Origin: Verrucomicrobiota bacterium
Lineage (GTDB): Bacteria; Verrucomicrobiota; Verrucomicrobiia; Opitutales; Coraliomargaritaceae
Assembly: GCA_039815375.1 (NCBI GenBank)
Contig: JBCBZJ010000014.1
Span: 1 to 64,000 of the forward strand
Reading direction: 5' to 3'
DNA: 64,000 bases
Part shown: piece by piece, positions 21,787 through 33,001 of the stretch
Numbering within the stretch: position 1 is the stretch's first letter
Layout of the letters: the number at the start of each line of letters is the position of its first letter
Notes under the pieces: model-generated
Seen by the model: only the letters and a program-made list of their open reading frames with translations
What the model was told of the DNA's origin: nothing
Databases searched by the model: none
Translations under genes and position numbers: made by a program

Positions 21787-23268
21787 CTAAGCCAGCGGCT
21801 TCAAGCTGGGAAAGAGGATCGTATCGCGGATGCTCTCGGCACCAGTCAGCAGGATAATGAGGCGGTCAATGCCGAGCCCCATACCACCAGCTGGGGGCAT
21901 TCCATGCTCGAGGGCAGTGATGAAATCAGTGTCCATATCCTGCACTTCCTCGCCGACCTGATCTTCGAACATCTTTCGCTGGATGATCGGGTCGTTCTGC
22001 TCGGAGTAAGCCGGAGCGATCTCTTGTCCGTTAATGCAAAGTTCGAAGACGTCGATCGTGGTCTCGTCGTCCTGGGTGATCTTCGCGAGCGGACAAAGTT
22101 CCTTCGGAATGTTGATAACAAAAGTCGGCTGAATCAGAGTCGGCTCGACGATCTTCTCAAAGACATTGTTGGTGATCTCATAGTCCTCAAGCTCTCCATC
22201 AACCTCAATTCCGAGCGCACGAGCCTTCTCAAGTTTGGTTTCACAATCGTAGCTGAACCAATCGGCGTCGCCCGTTGCTTCTACAATCAGGTCCTTGTAT
22301 TTCGCTTCACGCCATTCGCCGCCGAGATTGATAATCGTGCCATCGGGACGTTCGATTTGCAGGGAGCCGATCACATTTTCTGCGACATGTTGAATGAGTC
22401 CCTGCGTGAGCTCCATCATGCCACGAAAATCCGAGTAGGCCTGATAAAGTTCGAGCATAGTAAACTCAGGATTGTGGCGTCGAGAAAGACCTTCGTTACG
22501 AAAGACGCGGCCGATTTCAAAGACACGGTCCTCACCGCCGACAAGCATACGCTTGAGGTAGAGCTCCAGGGCAATGCGCATGTAGAAGTCGCAGTCAAGT
22601 GCATTGAAATGCGTGATGAAGGGACGCGCAGCCGCACCACCGGCGACACCTTGAAGGACAGGCGTTTCGACTTCGGTAAAGTCGCGCTCCCAGAGGTATT
22701 CACGCATGGCACGGATGACATTGGCGCGCTGCTTGAAACGGTTGCGCGACTCCTGATTCATGATCAGATCGAGGTAACGCTGCCGGTAGATTTTGTCGTC
22801 GTCTTTCAAGCCCGCCCACTTTTCGGGAAGTGGGCGTAAGGCCTTGGAAACGAGCGTATAACTCTGAGCACGAACCGTAATTTCACCGGTCTTCGTCTTA
22901 AAAAGGCGACCGGTCACACCAATTATGTCGCCGAGGTCCAGCTTCTTGAAATAGGTATTATATTCGCCTTCAGGCAATTCGTCGCGAGTGACGTAGCACT
23001 GAATCTGTCCGTCACGGTCCTGAATCTTGATAAAGCTGGCTTTGCCCATGACACGAAAGACTACGATTCGTCCGGCAACCGATACGACCGGCTGTTCCTC
23101 ATCGGCCGCATCCTCTTGATAAAGTTTGACCGCCTCGGCCGAGGTGTGGCTCTGCTCACAATTGGCCGCAAAAGGATTACGGCCTTCCTTGCAAAGATTC
23201 TCCAGCTTCTGCAAGCGCACGGCATACAGGTCATGGGTATTATCCGGCTGTGTGGTCTGGTCTGTCAT
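21787..23268 (-). CDS. lysS: Lysine--tRNA ligase (class II)
   Basis: YRQRYLDLI, GGAAARPF, FRNEG, HNPEFTMLELY, GMGLGIDRL; likely start MTDQTTQ at 23268. Confidence 0.98.
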   Translation of the reverse strand: MTDQTTQPDNTHDLYAVRLQKLENLCKEGRNPFAANCEQSHTSAEAVKLYQEDAADEEQPVVSVAGRIVVFRVMGKASFIKIQDRDGQIQCYVTRDELPEGEYNTYFKKLDLGDIIGVTGRLFKTKTGEITVRAQSYTLVSKALRPLPEKWAGLKDDDKIYRQRYLDLIMNQESRNRFKQRANVIRAMREYLWERDFTEVETPVLQGVAGGAAARPFITHFNALDCDFYMRIALELYLKRMLVGGEDRVFEIGRVFRNEGLSRRHNPEFTMLELYQAYSDFRGMMELTQGLIQHVAENVIGSLQIERPDGTIINLGGEWREAKYKDLIVEATGDADWFSYDCETKLEKARALGIEVDGELEDYEITNNVFEKIVEPTLIQPTFVINIPKELCPLAKITQDDETTIDVFELCINGQEIAPAYSEQNDPIIQRKMFEDQVGEEVQDMDTDFITALEHGMPPAGGMGLGIDRLIILLTGAESIRDTILFPSLKPLA

Positions 23269-23333
23269 AACAAAACGGGGGAAAATGGGCGGACCCAATA
23301 AAATGGCAAATGGAAACTTAGGGGCAAAAAAAC

Positions 23334-23363
23334 TTGCAGGATATGCTTATATGAGCATATTTT
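23334..23363 (+). promoter_or_regulatory. Putative TA promoter with palindromic operator
   Basis: TTGCAG (-35-like) at 23334 followed by ATATGCT-tatatg-AGCATAT inverted repeat (23341-23360), 12 nt before the antitoxin start. Confidence 0.6.
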
Positions 23364-23372
23364 TAGGATCAA

Positions 23373-23834
23373 GTGAAACAAAAACAACCAAAAGGTGTGC
23401 AACGAACGGAAGAACCTGCGGCAATATACGGCAAAAAGCCAGGTGCGCGACGGCAGCGTGCGATGAATCCACAGGAAACTGTGGAAACGATCCGCGCAGG
23501 GTTACCGATGGTTGAGTTTGAAGCCTTACAAAACCTACTCGGCCTGAGCGCAGAGGAATTGGCTGCACATCTTACGATTTCCAGAAGCACTCTGGTGCGC
23601 CGCCGAAAGAGCGGCCGCTTGGAAATGCAGGAGTCTGACCGTTTACTTCGTTACGCGAGGCTCTTTGCCCGCGCAGAAGCGACCATGGGAGATGCAAATA
23701 CAGCTAAAGATTGGTTAAAGCAACCTGCCCGGGCGCTCGGCTTTGAGACTCCTTTGACTTTTGCTGAAACGGAGGCTGGAACACGGGAAGTCGAAAACTT
23801 GCTGGGACGTATCGAGCACGGAGTTTACAGCTAA
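23373..23834 (+). CDS. Xre/MbcA/ParS-type antitoxin
   Basis: IRAGLP, HTH (LTISRSTLVRRRKSGRL), ESDRLLRYARL, WLKQPARALGFETPL..EVENLLGRIEHGVYS. Confidence 0.92.
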   Translation: MKQKQPKGVQRTEEPAAIYGKKPGARRQRAMNPQETVETIRAGLPMVEFEALQNLLGLSAEELAAHLTISRSTLVRRRKSGRLEMQESDRLLRYARLFARAEATMGDANTAKDWLKQPARALGFETPLTFAETEAGTREVENLLGRIEHGVYS

Positions 23835-24304
23835 TGCCGGTAGCCTGGCGGATCGTCCCAAAGCGGTGGGCACGAAGCGCCTTTGACGGCGAAGGTGCGC
23901 GGCTCTACGGCGGACGTTGGAACAGTCCAGGCAAGGCTGCAGTTTATATGGCTGAAAGCCGCGCACTTGCCGCGCTGGAAACTCTGGTTCACCATAGTTC
24001 CACACCTCAAAAAAGCTACCTGCGCTTCCCCGTCGAATTTGGATACGGACTGGTTGAGCCAATGTCGATGGATGAACTTGAAGGGGCACTCAATAGTCTC
24101 CTTGTCGTCCCCGAAACACAAGCAGCCGGAGACCGTTGGCTGCTCGCGTCAAAAAAACCGGTACTCGAAGTGCCCAGTGCCATCATTCCGGAAGAGCGTA
24201 ATTACATCCTGAATCCATATCATGAAAAGTTTCAGGAAGTATATATCGGAGCTCCTGAAGTCTTTGCTTTCGACCCGCGACTGGTTCAAGTCAGCAAATT
24301 ATAG
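23834..24304 (+). CDS. RES-domain toxin (NAD+ phosphorylase-type)
   Basis: AFDGEGARLYGGRWNSPG, YMAESRALAALE, VPSAIIPEERNYILNP; TAATG overlap with the antitoxin. Confidence 0.92.
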   Translation: MPVAWRIVPKRWARSAFDGEGARLYGGRWNSPGKAAVYMAESRALAALETLVHHSSTPQKSYLRFPVEFGYGLVEPMSMDELEGALNSLLVVPETQAAGDRWLLASKKPVLEVPSAIIPEERNYILNPYHEKFQEVYIGAPEVFAFDPRLVQVSKL

Positions 24305-24368
24305 TTTCTAAGACTTTTCCTTGGGCTTTTCTTTAAGGTGAATCCATGTTCATCTACTGAACTAAGCT

Positions 24369-26432
24369 ATGATTGGACTTATCGAGAACGCAGGAAGCCC
24401 GCCGGAAACCGGCTATCTACAGCGTCTGGTTCGATCCATATTTGAAGAAGGCGGTTATTTGCAAAAAGAGCTCGGGCTCGATCACCGTCCTGAGCAAGCC
24501 CAGATGGCACAATCGGTAGCGCGCTCCCTTGAGACGGACCATCCACTCCTTTTCGAAGCCGGCACAGGTGTCGGCAAGAGCCTCGCTTACCTGATCCCGG
24601 GCATCATCCATTCGGTCGATTCGGAACGGCCCTTTATCGTTTCCAGCCACACCATTAGTTTGCAGGAGCAAATCCGGAACAAAGACCTTAAGATCTGCGA
24701 GAAGCTCTTTAAAGCTGTTCCAGCACTCGGTCGCTATGACAGCTTCAGGACTGCACTGATGGTCGGCAAAGGAAACTATTGTTGTACTACGCGATTAAGC
24801 AATGCGCTGAAAGACGCAAAGAACGCGCAATCAGAACTCTTCGCTTCGGAAGAACGCAACGACCTTGCCCGCATAGCGGCCTGGTCGGCCACCAGCAAAA
24901 ATGGGCTCGTCCAGGAGCTCTCTCCCAGCCCTCTGCCCGAGGTCTGGGATGCAATTAACGCCGACAGCTCAACATGCTCGCGTAAAAACTGCGATCCTGG
25001 CATTTGCTTTTACCAACGTGCCCGCAAACAGCTGCACAGCGCGAACTGCATAATCGTCAACCATAGCCTGCTTTTCGCACTTATCAATGCCGGCATGCAA
25101 CCGGAGGGGGATGGCCGCGGAGTGCTGCTGGCAGATGATTTCGTAGTACTCGACGAAGGTCATCGCGTCCCAGCAATCGCAACCGATCACTTCGGTGTCC
25201 ATATCAGCTCCTATGCTGTCGACCGGGCATTAAAGCGCATCTACAATCCGCGCACGAATCGTGGTGCAATTAAGAAACTCGGGCAAAAGTGGGACCACGA
25301 TGCAGTGGACAATGCGCTCGGCGCAGCGCATGAGTTTTTTAGTTATCTTGGTGACACCTTCCTGACAAAGAAGCCGGTTCAGAGGATTCACAGCGAAGGC
25401 TTTTGTGAGAATATCCTATCCGGCCCACTAAAAGAAGTTACCGAACGGCTCGGTGAAATTATCCAGAAAATCGACGACGAACGTATGCAGGATGAGCTTC
25501 GCGACCACCGCAGGCGTATCATGGGCTACCGCAATGGCATCAACGGCTTTGTCGATTTTTCCGAAGAAGCCCACGTGCAGTGGCTCGAACGTTCCGGCAA
25601 GAAAAGCCAAATTGTAACCTTACGCAGCGCACCACTCGACGTGGCGCCGCACCTACGTGAAGCACTTTTCTCGAGAGGCACATCAGTCACGATGACCAGC
25701 GCGACACTTTCTGACGGGAAGCATCTCGATAGTTTCCAGGAAAAGGCCGGAGCACAACTCGCTGACACCGGTATTGTGCATTCGCCTTTCAATTACAAAG
25801 AGAACTGCCGTATTTATATCTCGACCGACGCACCGCAACCCGAACCGGGCAAGGGGCGCCTCGACTTGGACTACCTGGCAAATATGATCTGCTGGTGCGC
25901 ACGCAATGAGCCGGGTGGCAGTCTTGTTCTCTTCACCAGCCATTTTGATTTAAGAAAAGTTGCTGAACGCAGCGAAGCATTCTTTAGAAAGATCAACCGG
26001 CCGCTCTTTACTCAAGGAGCCGGACAAGCGCGCACGGAACTAACGCGTCAGTTCACCGACGCAGGTAACGGTATCCTCTTCGGGACAGATAGTTTCTGGA
26101 CCGGAGTCGACGTGCCGGGACCCGCTCTGTCGCAGGTCATTATTGCACGCCTTCCCTTTGAAAACCCGGGACATCCAGTAAGTGAAGCGCGCAGCGAATA
26201 CATTCGCGAACACGGAGGAAATCCCTTTGCGGAAATGATGGTGCCGGAGGCCTTGGTTAAGTTCAGGCAGGGAATCGGACGCCTGATTCGTCGTCACCAG
26301 GACAAAGGTCGCATTGTAATTCTAGATTCACGCATATTGAGTAAATCCTATGGGCCCCGGTTCATCGAATCCTTACCTGTCAATGAATATGCTCGCTTCG
26401 ACCGGGAGAACAGAAAGAGCGTTTTTGGTTGA
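24369..26432 (+). CDS. DinG/YoaA family ATP-dependent helicase
   Basis: EAGTGVGKSLAYL, Fe-S cysteines, VNHSLL, LDEGH, TSATL, SFWTGVDVPG, QGIGRLIR. Confidence 0.92.
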   Translation: MIGLIENAGSPPETGYLQRLVRSIFEEGGYLQKELGLDHRPEQAQMAQSVARSLETDHPLLFEAGTGVGKSLAYLIPGIIHSVDSERPFIVSSHTISLQEQIRNKDLKICEKLFKAVPALGRYDSFRTALMVGKGNYCCTTRLSNALKDAKNAQSELFASEERNDLARIAAWSATSKNGLVQELSPSPLPEVWDAINADSSTCSRKNCDPGICFYQRARKQLHSANCIIVNHSLLFALINAGMQPEGDGRGVLLADDFVVLDEGHRVPAIATDHFGVHISSYAVDRALKRIYNPRTNRGAIKKLGQKWDHDAVDNALGAAHEFFSYLGDTFLTKKPVQRIHSEGFCENILSGPLKEVTERLGEIIQKIDDERMQDELRDHRRRIMGYRNGINGFVDFSEEAHVQWLERSGKKSQIVTLRSAPLDVAPHLREALFSRGTSVTMTSATLSDGKHLDSFQEKAGAQLADTGIVHSPFNYKENCRIYISTDAPQPEPGKGRLDLDYLANMICWCARNEPGGSLVLFTSHFDLRKVAERSEAFFRKINRPLFTQGAGQARTELTRQFTDAGNGILFGTDSFWTGVDVPGPALSQVIIARLPFENPGHPVSEARSEYIREHGGNPFAEMMVPEALVKFRQGIGRLIRRHQDKGRIVILDSRILSKSYGPRFIESLPVNEYARFDRENRKSVFG

Positions 26433-26463
26433 ATGACCTGTTAGCCTTGTTGAGCTATTGATT

Positions 26464-27180
26464 ATGAAAGTTTGCTCATTCGGTATGACAGATCGAGGTC
26501 AGGTGCGAGAATTCAATGAAGACGCCTTCTTCATTGATGACGTGCATCAGGTCTATGCTGTTGCTGACGGACTGGGCGGCCTGCCAGGTGGCGCAGACGC
26601 GAGTAAACGAATCGTTGCCCTTCTGGGTCAGAGTATGGAGCACATCGACGCCAAGGAAGAACGTTTCGATCTTGCCGAGCTGATCATTGGCATCAACCAG
26701 ATCATTTCCAAGGAAGGCATGTCCGCCCATCCATTCACTGGTAGCGGGAGCACACTAACGCTTTGCCAAATCGTGGCGGATCAGCTGCTGATCGGACATG
26801 TAGGTGATTCTGCTATCTATTTGCTGCGTAAGAATCAACTGAAGAAGCTGACCATCGATCATACGATGGAGCAAAAACTGATCGACCAGCATGGAGAGGA
26901 AGCACGGGAGTTCATGCCACCCGAATACCCACATACCTTGACACGATGCGTAGGCCAAAAGGAAGATCTAAGAGTCGATCAAACTCGAATGTCGATTGAA
27001 CCTGGTGACCGTATCCTGCTCTGCACAGACGGTCTCAACAAAGTTGTTAGTGAAGACGAAATCAATACGGTGTTGTCCGAAGGTGACGACCTTGAGTCGA
27101 TCTCTGTTACACTCGCAAAAAAAGCAAACGCAAAGGACGGTCCGGATAACATCACGGTTATCACCCTCTTTATCAGCTAA
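26464..27180 (+). CDS. PP2C-type Ser/Thr protein phosphatase
   Basis: TDRGQVREFNED, VADGLGG, HVGDS, LCTDGL, DNITV. Confidence 0.92.
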   Translation: MKVCSFGMTDRGQVREFNEDAFFIDDVHQVYAVADGLGGLPGGADASKRIVALLGQSMEHIDAKEERFDLAELIIGINQIISKEGMSAHPFTGSGSTLTLCQIVADQLLIGHVGDSAIYLLRKNQLKKLTIDHTMEQKLIDQHGEEAREFMPPEYPHTLTRCVGQKEDLRVDQTRMSIEPGDRILLCTDGLNKVVSEDEINTVLSEGDDLESISVTLAKKANAKDGPDNITVITLFIS

Positions 27181-27184
27181 GTAT

Positions 27185-27496
27185 ATGACTAAAAAATCCG
27201 AGATCTTTCTACCCAAAGTCGAAGCGAAGCCTGATAATATGCTTTTCCGATTCAGTCTGGGGCAGGCTCTCTACGAAGAAGGAGACCTGTCCGCATCTAT
27301 CGAGCACCTCCAGCACTGCGCAGCATCACGCGATGACTGGATGTTGCCGCGCATTCTATTGGGTAAGGCGCTGCTGCAAAACAAGCGTTCTCTTGAGGCA
27401 AAGCCGATTCTAGAAGATGCGCTGAAACTTGCGATTGATCAGCATCATGAAGAACCTGCAGAAGAGCTCCAGATGCTGCTAAAGGATTTCGAATAA
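27185..27496 (+). CDS. Small TPR-like protein
   Basis: Likely start MTKKSEIF at 27185; FRFSLGQALY and ILLGKALL TPR-like helices. Confidence 0.7.
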   Translation: MTKKSEIFLPKVEAKPDNMLFRFSLGQALYEEGDLSASIEHLQHCAASRDDWMLPRILLGKALLQNKRSLEAKPILEDALKLAIDQHHEEPAEELQMLLKDFE

Positions 27497-27610
27497 TAGG
27501 TTATAAGGCTCCAAAATCTTCTAATATCCAAATCGAGAGTGTCATTTTTAGGTCGCACACTGTGAAAATTATCTCTTGATGAAGATTACACCTTATTCTT
27601 CATTAAGGAT

Positions 27611-28045
27611 ATGGCCCAAATTTTACCTAACGCTATTTGCTCAAAAGAATTCCTATCTGGTGCTCTTAATGGTAAAAATGTGTGCATTGTAGATGACGAC
27701 GAGCACTCAATTGAAATCCTCACCGCTTATTTGAGAGGCTTTTGCTTGAATATTAAGGCCTTTAACAACCCGATCGATGCTCTGGATTATTTGAACACAG
27801 AAAAGCCCGACGTGCTTTTACTCGATGTGATGATGCCTGAAATGGATGGATGGGAAGCTTTTACACGCATCCGAGGCATTCCTCGACTGGCTGCCCTTCC
27901 CGTATTGTTTGTAACCTGCCTATCAGATCCGATGTTCGAAGCAGAACTGAAAAAGGATGAGTTTTGCGCGTCGCTCGGAAAGCCGATTCCACGTATAACC
28001 CTACTCGAAAAGATCGCCAGCTTGCTTGAAGGCCAACCTGTTTGA
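27611..28045 (+). CDS. Single-domain response regulator (CheY-like)
   Basis: IVDDD, LLDVMMPEMDG, FVT, KP motifs. Confidence 0.9.
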   Translation: MAQILPNAICSKEFLSGALNGKNVCIVDDDEHSIEILTAYLRGFCLNIKAFNNPIDALDYLNTEKPDVLLLDVMMPEMDGWEAFTRIRGIPRLAALPVLFVTCLSDPMFEAELKKDEFCASLGKPIPRITLLEKIASLLEGQPV

Positions 28046-28046
28046 A

Positions 28047-29552
28047 TCAGGGAATTATCGGCAGGACTGCAGGAATCAGGCCGATGATAATGGTCGCAGC
28101 AACCAGAGAGCCAAATAGAAAGCGATCTGAAACAGTTGAATGCCCACGCATATCGTGGACAATTTCATTGGTCGGAACGCTGAAGTAACATTCTCGAATC
28201 CAACCAAAATAGTAGTAGATCGATATCGCTATACCAAGAACAGCGATGCCGAGGAGTTCGTAAAGCTGAGCCTGAAAGGCCGCAACAAATAGGAACAACT
28301 TTCCAATAAAACCGCCCAGCGGGGGAATACCAGCCAGAGAACCAAGGCCGACAGCAAGAACTCCACTCAAAAACGGGCGCTTGCGTGAATAGTTCGTATA
28401 GTGGTCCAGCTCCTGATTCGCATCATCCGAACCGGAAGAAAGCGACATTACTCCAAAAACTGCAAAGGAGGCCAAAAGGTAGGTTACCAAATAGAAGACC
28501 ACCGCATAAATCGCCCAGGGCACGGTGATGGAAGCGACAACGCCCATCAACATGTAGCCCGCATGAGCGACTCCGGATAGGCCCATTAAGCGCTTCACAT
28601 TTCGTTGCGTCACGGCAGCAATATTACCGAAAAGAATCGTCGCCGCCGCAATGTAGCAAAGCACCGGAACCAAGAGATCGTTCAGACCGGAGAACGGACC
28701 TTGAACCAACTGAAGCAGCACAATAAACCCGGCCGCCTTTGAAGCCACGGCAAGGTAGGCAGTCACGGGTGTTGGCGCACCCTGATACACATCCGGCACC
28801 CAAATCTGGAAGGGAATCGCTCCAATCTTGAAGCAGATTCCGGCAATGACCAAGAGAGCACCGACCCGGACAATTAGATTATCCGAGTTCATAGTGATAA
28901 AGTGCGTCAGCTCACTGTAGCTGAGAGAATCCTGAGAATATCCAGGCAACCCCGGATTGCCTGCCACACCGTAAAGTAAGACGATACCGAAAAGTAGAAT
29001 CGCAGAGCTTAGCGCACCAAGAATGAGATACTTCAGTCCGCCTTCCAGCGACAGCGAACTGTTGCGGCAATAAGCAACCAGCACGTAGAAAGCGACCGTA
29101 ACCGTCTCCAGAGCAACAAACAGCATGACGAAGTTAGAACTCTGAACAAGCAGCATCATCGCAGCCGAAATCAGGATGACCAAATGGTAGAACTCGGTCT
29201 TGGCCAGATACTGTTTCGAAAGATAGATCTGACCGAGATAGCAAACCAGCACAGAGCTCAGTATAAAAAAACCACGCATCATTTGCGTAACGTCACTTTG
29301 CTCAATCATGCCACTAAAGAAGCTGCCTTTGACCAGATAACATCCTCCAATGCAGCTGAATGCATAAACTCCGATCAAGACCTGACCCCAAATAGCCAGA
29401 CGTGGCATAATTTTCTGGCCACCCTTTGGGAGGAACATTTCTGCAACAAGTAATCCAAGAGCAAGAACAGCCATCAAAATTTCCGGTAGGATGGCAGACC
29501 AGTCGTTGGTCGCGGTATAGCCGCGAAGAAATTCTGCAAGAAGCTCATTCAT
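28047..29552 (-). CDS. nuoN: NADH-quinone oxidoreductase subunit N
   Basis: EGGLKY, FKIGAIPFQIWVPDVYQGAPTP, SLAGIPPLGGF; last gene of the nuo cluster. Confidence 0.95.
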   Translation of the reverse strand: MNELLAEFLRGYTATNDWSAILPEILMAVLALGLLVAEMFLPKGGQKIMPRLAIWGQVLIGVYAFSCIGGCYLVKGSFFSGMIEQSDVTQMMRGFFILSSVLVCYLGQIYLSKQYLAKTEFYHLVILISAAMMLLVQSSNFVMLFVALETVTVAFYVLVAYCRNSSLSLEGGLKYLILGALSSAILLFGIVLLYGVAGNPGLPGYSQDSLSYSELTHFITMNSDNLIVRVGALLVIAGICFKIGAIPFQIWVPDVYQGAPTPVTAYLAVASKAAGFIVLLQLVQGPFSGLNDLLVPVLCYIAAATILFGNIAAVTQRNVKRLMGLSGVAHAGYMLMGVVASITVPWAIYAVVFYLVTYLLASFAVFGVMSLSSGSDDANQELDHYTNYSRKRPFLSGVLAVGLGSLAGIPPLGGFIGKLFLFVAAFQAQLYELLGIAVLGIAISIYYYFGWIRECYFSVPTNEIVHDMRGHSTVSDRFLFGSLVAATIIIGLIPAVLPIIP

Positions 29553-31132
29553 TATTGGGAAACCTCCTCGTGGATCTTAACCTTAGGTGCTGCGGCTCTC
29601 GAATGGACCGGTAAATGACTCTCATCCTGAGGATAAAGTATTGCCAACTCCCGATCAGCAGCATCCGAAAAGACACGCGGGAAGATACCTGTCAAAAATA
29701 GGCCGGTCACTAGAATGCAAGCTGGGAGCTTTTCATAACTTTTCATGTCTTCGATCTGGTCAGACTCAAGGCGCTCGGCAAAACCCTCTCTTGGTTGACC
29801 GAAGAAGATGTTGGCAGCGGCACGCAGTCCATAAATCGCTGAAATGATGATCCCGACAGCAGCTGGTGCGACAAGCCAGCGAGTCACTTCAGTTTCGGCC
29901 AGAGCAACGAAAATAGTGAACTCTCCCCAGAAATTACCAAACCCGGGCAGGCCTATGCTTGCCATGGTTGCGGCAACAAAGAATGCGGCAAGCACCGGAG
30001 TCTTGACCGCAAGACTACCCATCGCCGACATGTCGAAGGTCTGGCTGCGATGGTAAATACAGGTCGACAACATGAAGAGAAGCGAAACGGAAAGTCCGTG
30101 GGCAATCATCATGAGAAGTGCACCACCCGCACCTGCGACTGAAAAACAGGCCAGTCCGAGGAAGGCGTAGCCCATGTGCATGACGGAACTGTAACCCAGC
30201 ATCATCTTCAGATCCTTCTGAGCCATGGTCACAAGACCAATAAAGATAATGTTCCCGAGCGCTAGCCAAACAATCCAGGGAAACCAGTGTTCCGCACCAG
30301 ATGGAAGCAGTGGCGCAGCAATTTGGAGAAGACCATAAAGCCCGAACTTCTTGAGCACACCGGCATGCAACATGGCTGCCCCAGTCGGGGCAACGGCATA
30401 GCCTTTGGGTGCCCAACTATGAAATGGAAAGAGAGAAACAAGGATGCCAAAACCAAACAGGAGCAAGGCATACACATTGCTCTGCAGTGTTTCGGAGAAA
30501 GGCTGTGAGGCGAGGTAGTTTCGCAACTCAGGGAGCGAAAAGGAGGTCGCCTCACTCTCCACGTAAAGTGCGATCAAACCAAGCAGTGAGAGCAGCGCAC
30601 CAATGGTCAGATAGATCGTCATCTCAATCGCTGCACCACGACGACCTGCTCCACCCCAGATACCGATCATGATGAAAGTGGGGATCAGTGCGAATTCGTG
30701 GAAGAAATAGAAAAAGAAAACGTCAACCGATGCGAAAGTGCCCATCAGGCCACCGAGCATAAAGAGCAACAAGGCAAGATAGAGATGCGGGGACTCAGCC
30801 TTCGAATGCATCGCGTACAAACCGGCCGCGAGACCAACGGTGCCGGCGAGGATGAAGAGCGGCATGGAAATACCGTTCAAGCCGAGATGCAGATAGATAC
30901 CGACACTCTCCAAACCGGTTGGTAGCTTAAGCTCAAAATTGTATCCACCCGCAAGGTCCGGCTCGAAAAGGCCGTAAAGCATAAGCCCGATAATCAGCGG
31001 CCAACCGAACCCGAACGCAGACACAGCTTGGCGAGTGGACTCGCTGAAGCGAGCCCCGAACACAAGGATCGAGCCAGCCAGAATCGGCGCCAAAATTGCC
31101 GCCAGAAGAAAGTATGAATTCGTTTCGTTCAT
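29552..31132 (-). CDS. nuoM: NADH-quinone oxidoreductase subunit M
   Basis: FPFHSWAP, GYSSVMHMG, SIGLPGFGNFWGE; position in cluster. Confidence 0.95.
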   Translation of the reverse strand: MNETNSYFLLAAILAPILAGSILVFGARFSESTRQAVSAFGFGWPLIIGLMLYGLFEPDLAGGYNFELKLPTGLESVGIYLHLGLNGISMPLFILAGTVGLAAGLYAMHSKAESPHLYLALLLFMLGGLMGTFASVDVFFFYFFHEFALIPTFIMIGIWGGAGRRGAAIEMTIYLTIGALLSLLGLIALYVESEATSFSLPELRNYLASQPFSETLQSNVYALLLFGFGILVSLFPFHSWAPKGYAVAPTGAAMLHAGVLKKFGLYGLLQIAAPLLPSGAEHWFPWIVWLALGNIIFIGLVTMAQKDLKMMLGYSSVMHMGYAFLGLACFSVAGAGGALLMMIAHGLSVSLLFMLSTCIYHRSQTFDMSAMGSLAVKTPVLAAFFVAATMASIGLPGFGNFWGEFTIFVALAETEVTRWLVAPAAVGIIISAIYGLRAAANIFFGQPREGFAERLESDQIEDMKSYEKLPACILVTGLFLTGIFPRVFSDAADRELAILYPQDESHLPVHSRAAAPKVKIHEEVSQ

Positions 31133-31147
31133 TCCGATAATCCCGCT

Positions 31148-33001
31148 TTAGCCAATGAGTCCAGCCGCTACAGCCCAAAGAATAATGAGCCCTGTAAGAA
31201 ACCAATAAACGTAACTATGAATATTGCCTACATGTAGTGCCTTGGAGCACATACCCACAAGCCCGACAAGACCCGCGCTACCACGAACCATTAAACCCTT
31301 GATGATGAAGACGTCGAAAAAACCGGTTAGATTGGCGAAGCGTTGTTGAACTTTCGTAACGTAGAAATTGTAAACCTCATCAAACCAAAGCCGATTCTGA
31401 AGAAAACCGTAGACCGGTGACGCCACCTTATTGAGTTTGTCCTCCTTCGCGCCGCGACCATAGAAAAAGAACGAACCAGTCAGACCAATGACCCAGGCAA
31501 GCGTCCCAAAAAGCACAATCCTATGGTGCATGTCATCATAGCCATCAAACTGCTTGAGTTGGTATTTGTCCGCCTTGATGGTCTCGCCCAACACTTCGGG
31601 CCAATAGCCGAGCCAGCCTCCTACAACCGAAAGCACTGCTAAAACAATCAGCGGCACAACCATGACGAGCGGACTCTCCTTGGCATGCGATGCAGCTTCC
31701 GAATTTGGTTTACCAAGAAACACGATCCAGAACAGCCGACCCATGTAACCGGCAGTAAGAAGCGCACCGAAAGTAAGTAGTATCGCAACCGCATTGTTCT
31801 CGAAACCAGCAGCGATCAGAATGGCATCTTTCGAATAGTAGCCGGAGAGTCCGTAGACGCCGCAGAGCGCCAGAATACCAATGAGAAAAGTGAAGGCCGT
31901 GATCGGCATCCTCTTCCAAAGGCCACCCATCTTGAAAATGTCCTGCTCATGGTGACAGCCGTGAATGACGGAACCGGCCCCAAGGAAGAGCAGTGCTTTG
32001 AAGAAGGCGTGAGTGATGAGGTGAAAGAGGGCAATACCAGGATAGCCCAACCCAAAAGCCGCACCGATGTAACCCAGCTGCGAAAGCGTGGAGTAAGCAA
32101 GGATTTGCTTAATATCGCGACGAGCGTAAGCACAGAATCCCGCATAAACCGCACCAAAGACACCGAGCCAGATAATGACAGAGAGCACCTCCGGCGGGAA
32201 AAGGTAAACGATCCGTATCAGGAAGTAACCTCCTGCTGCGACCATGGTTGCAGCGTGGATCAGGGCGGAAACCGGAGTCGGGCCAGCCATTGCATCCGGC
32301 AGCCAAACGTGAAGCGGAAACTGTGCGGACTTTCCGATGAAGCCACACATGAGGAGTGCCGCGATACCTGCATTGATGATCGAGGGGTTTGCACCAACGA
32401 TTTCGCCCATCACTTCAAGATCAGTCGTTCCAAAATACCAGTAAGCATAGGCAATACCGACGACGAAACCGAGGTCACCGATGCGGTTAACAATAAAGGC
32501 TTTTTTCTGCGCAGCGGCTGCGGCAGGCTTTGTCATGTAATGACCGATCAGCATGTAAGAGCTAAATCCAACCAGCTCCCAGAATACGAAAATCATGATC
32601 AAGTTGTCCGCTAGAACGATGCCAAGCATTGAGAACATGAAGATCGACAAGCCCCCGAAGTAGCGAGCGGGTGAAGCATCGTCAGACATGTAGCCAAGAC
32701 TGAATAGGTGAATCAGGAAACCGACAAAGGTCACCATCAGCAGCATGGTTGACGAAACGTCATCCAAAAAGACCCCCATTGAAACGTCAAATGCACCAAA
32801 ATGTAACCAGGACCATGACTTGTGAACTATCTCACCTCCTGCTGCGAACAATGCATTGACCGTAGCAACAAAGATCAGACCTGCCGTTCCGACGGAAACA
32901 TAAGAAGCGATCTTCCCATGACGGCGTAGAAATAAGGCGATAATCGCCGCTGAAAAGAGCGGCGCAAGCAGGACGATTAGAAGTGATTGTGTGGCGCTCA
33001 C
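31148..33001 (-). CDS. nuoL: NADH-quinone oxidoreductase subunit L
   Basis: [51 protein letters not shown]. Confidence 0.97.
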   Translation of the reverse strand: MSATQSLLIVLLAPLFSAAIIALFLRRHGKIASYVSVGTAGLIFVATVNALFAAGGEIVHKSWSWLHFGAFDVSMGVFLDDVSSTMLLMVTFVGFLIHLFSLGYMSDDASPARYFGGLSIFMFSMLGIVLADNLIMIFVFWELVGFSSYMLIGHYMTKPAAAAAQKKAFIVNRIGDLGFVVGIAYAYWYFGTTDLEVMGEIVGANPSIINAGIAALLMCGFIGKSAQFPLHVWLPDAMAGPTPVSALIHAATMVAAGGYFLIRIVYLFPPEVLSVIIWLGVFGAVYAGFCAYARRDIKQILAYSTLSQLGYIGAAFGLGYPGIALFHLITHAFFKALLFLGAGSVIHGCHHEQDIFKMGGLWKRMPITAFTFLIGILALCGVYGLSGYYSKDAILIAAGFENNAVAILLTFGALLTAGYMGRLFWIVFLGKPNSEAASHAKESPLVMVVPLIVLAVLSVVGGWLGYWPEVLGETIKADKYQLKQFDGYDDMHHRIVLFGTLAWVIGLTGSFFFYGRGAKEDKLNKVASPVYGFLQNRLWFDEVYNFYVTKVQQRFANLTGFFDVFIIKGLMVRGSAGLVGLVGMCSKALHVGNIHSYVYWFLTGLIILWAVAAGLIG

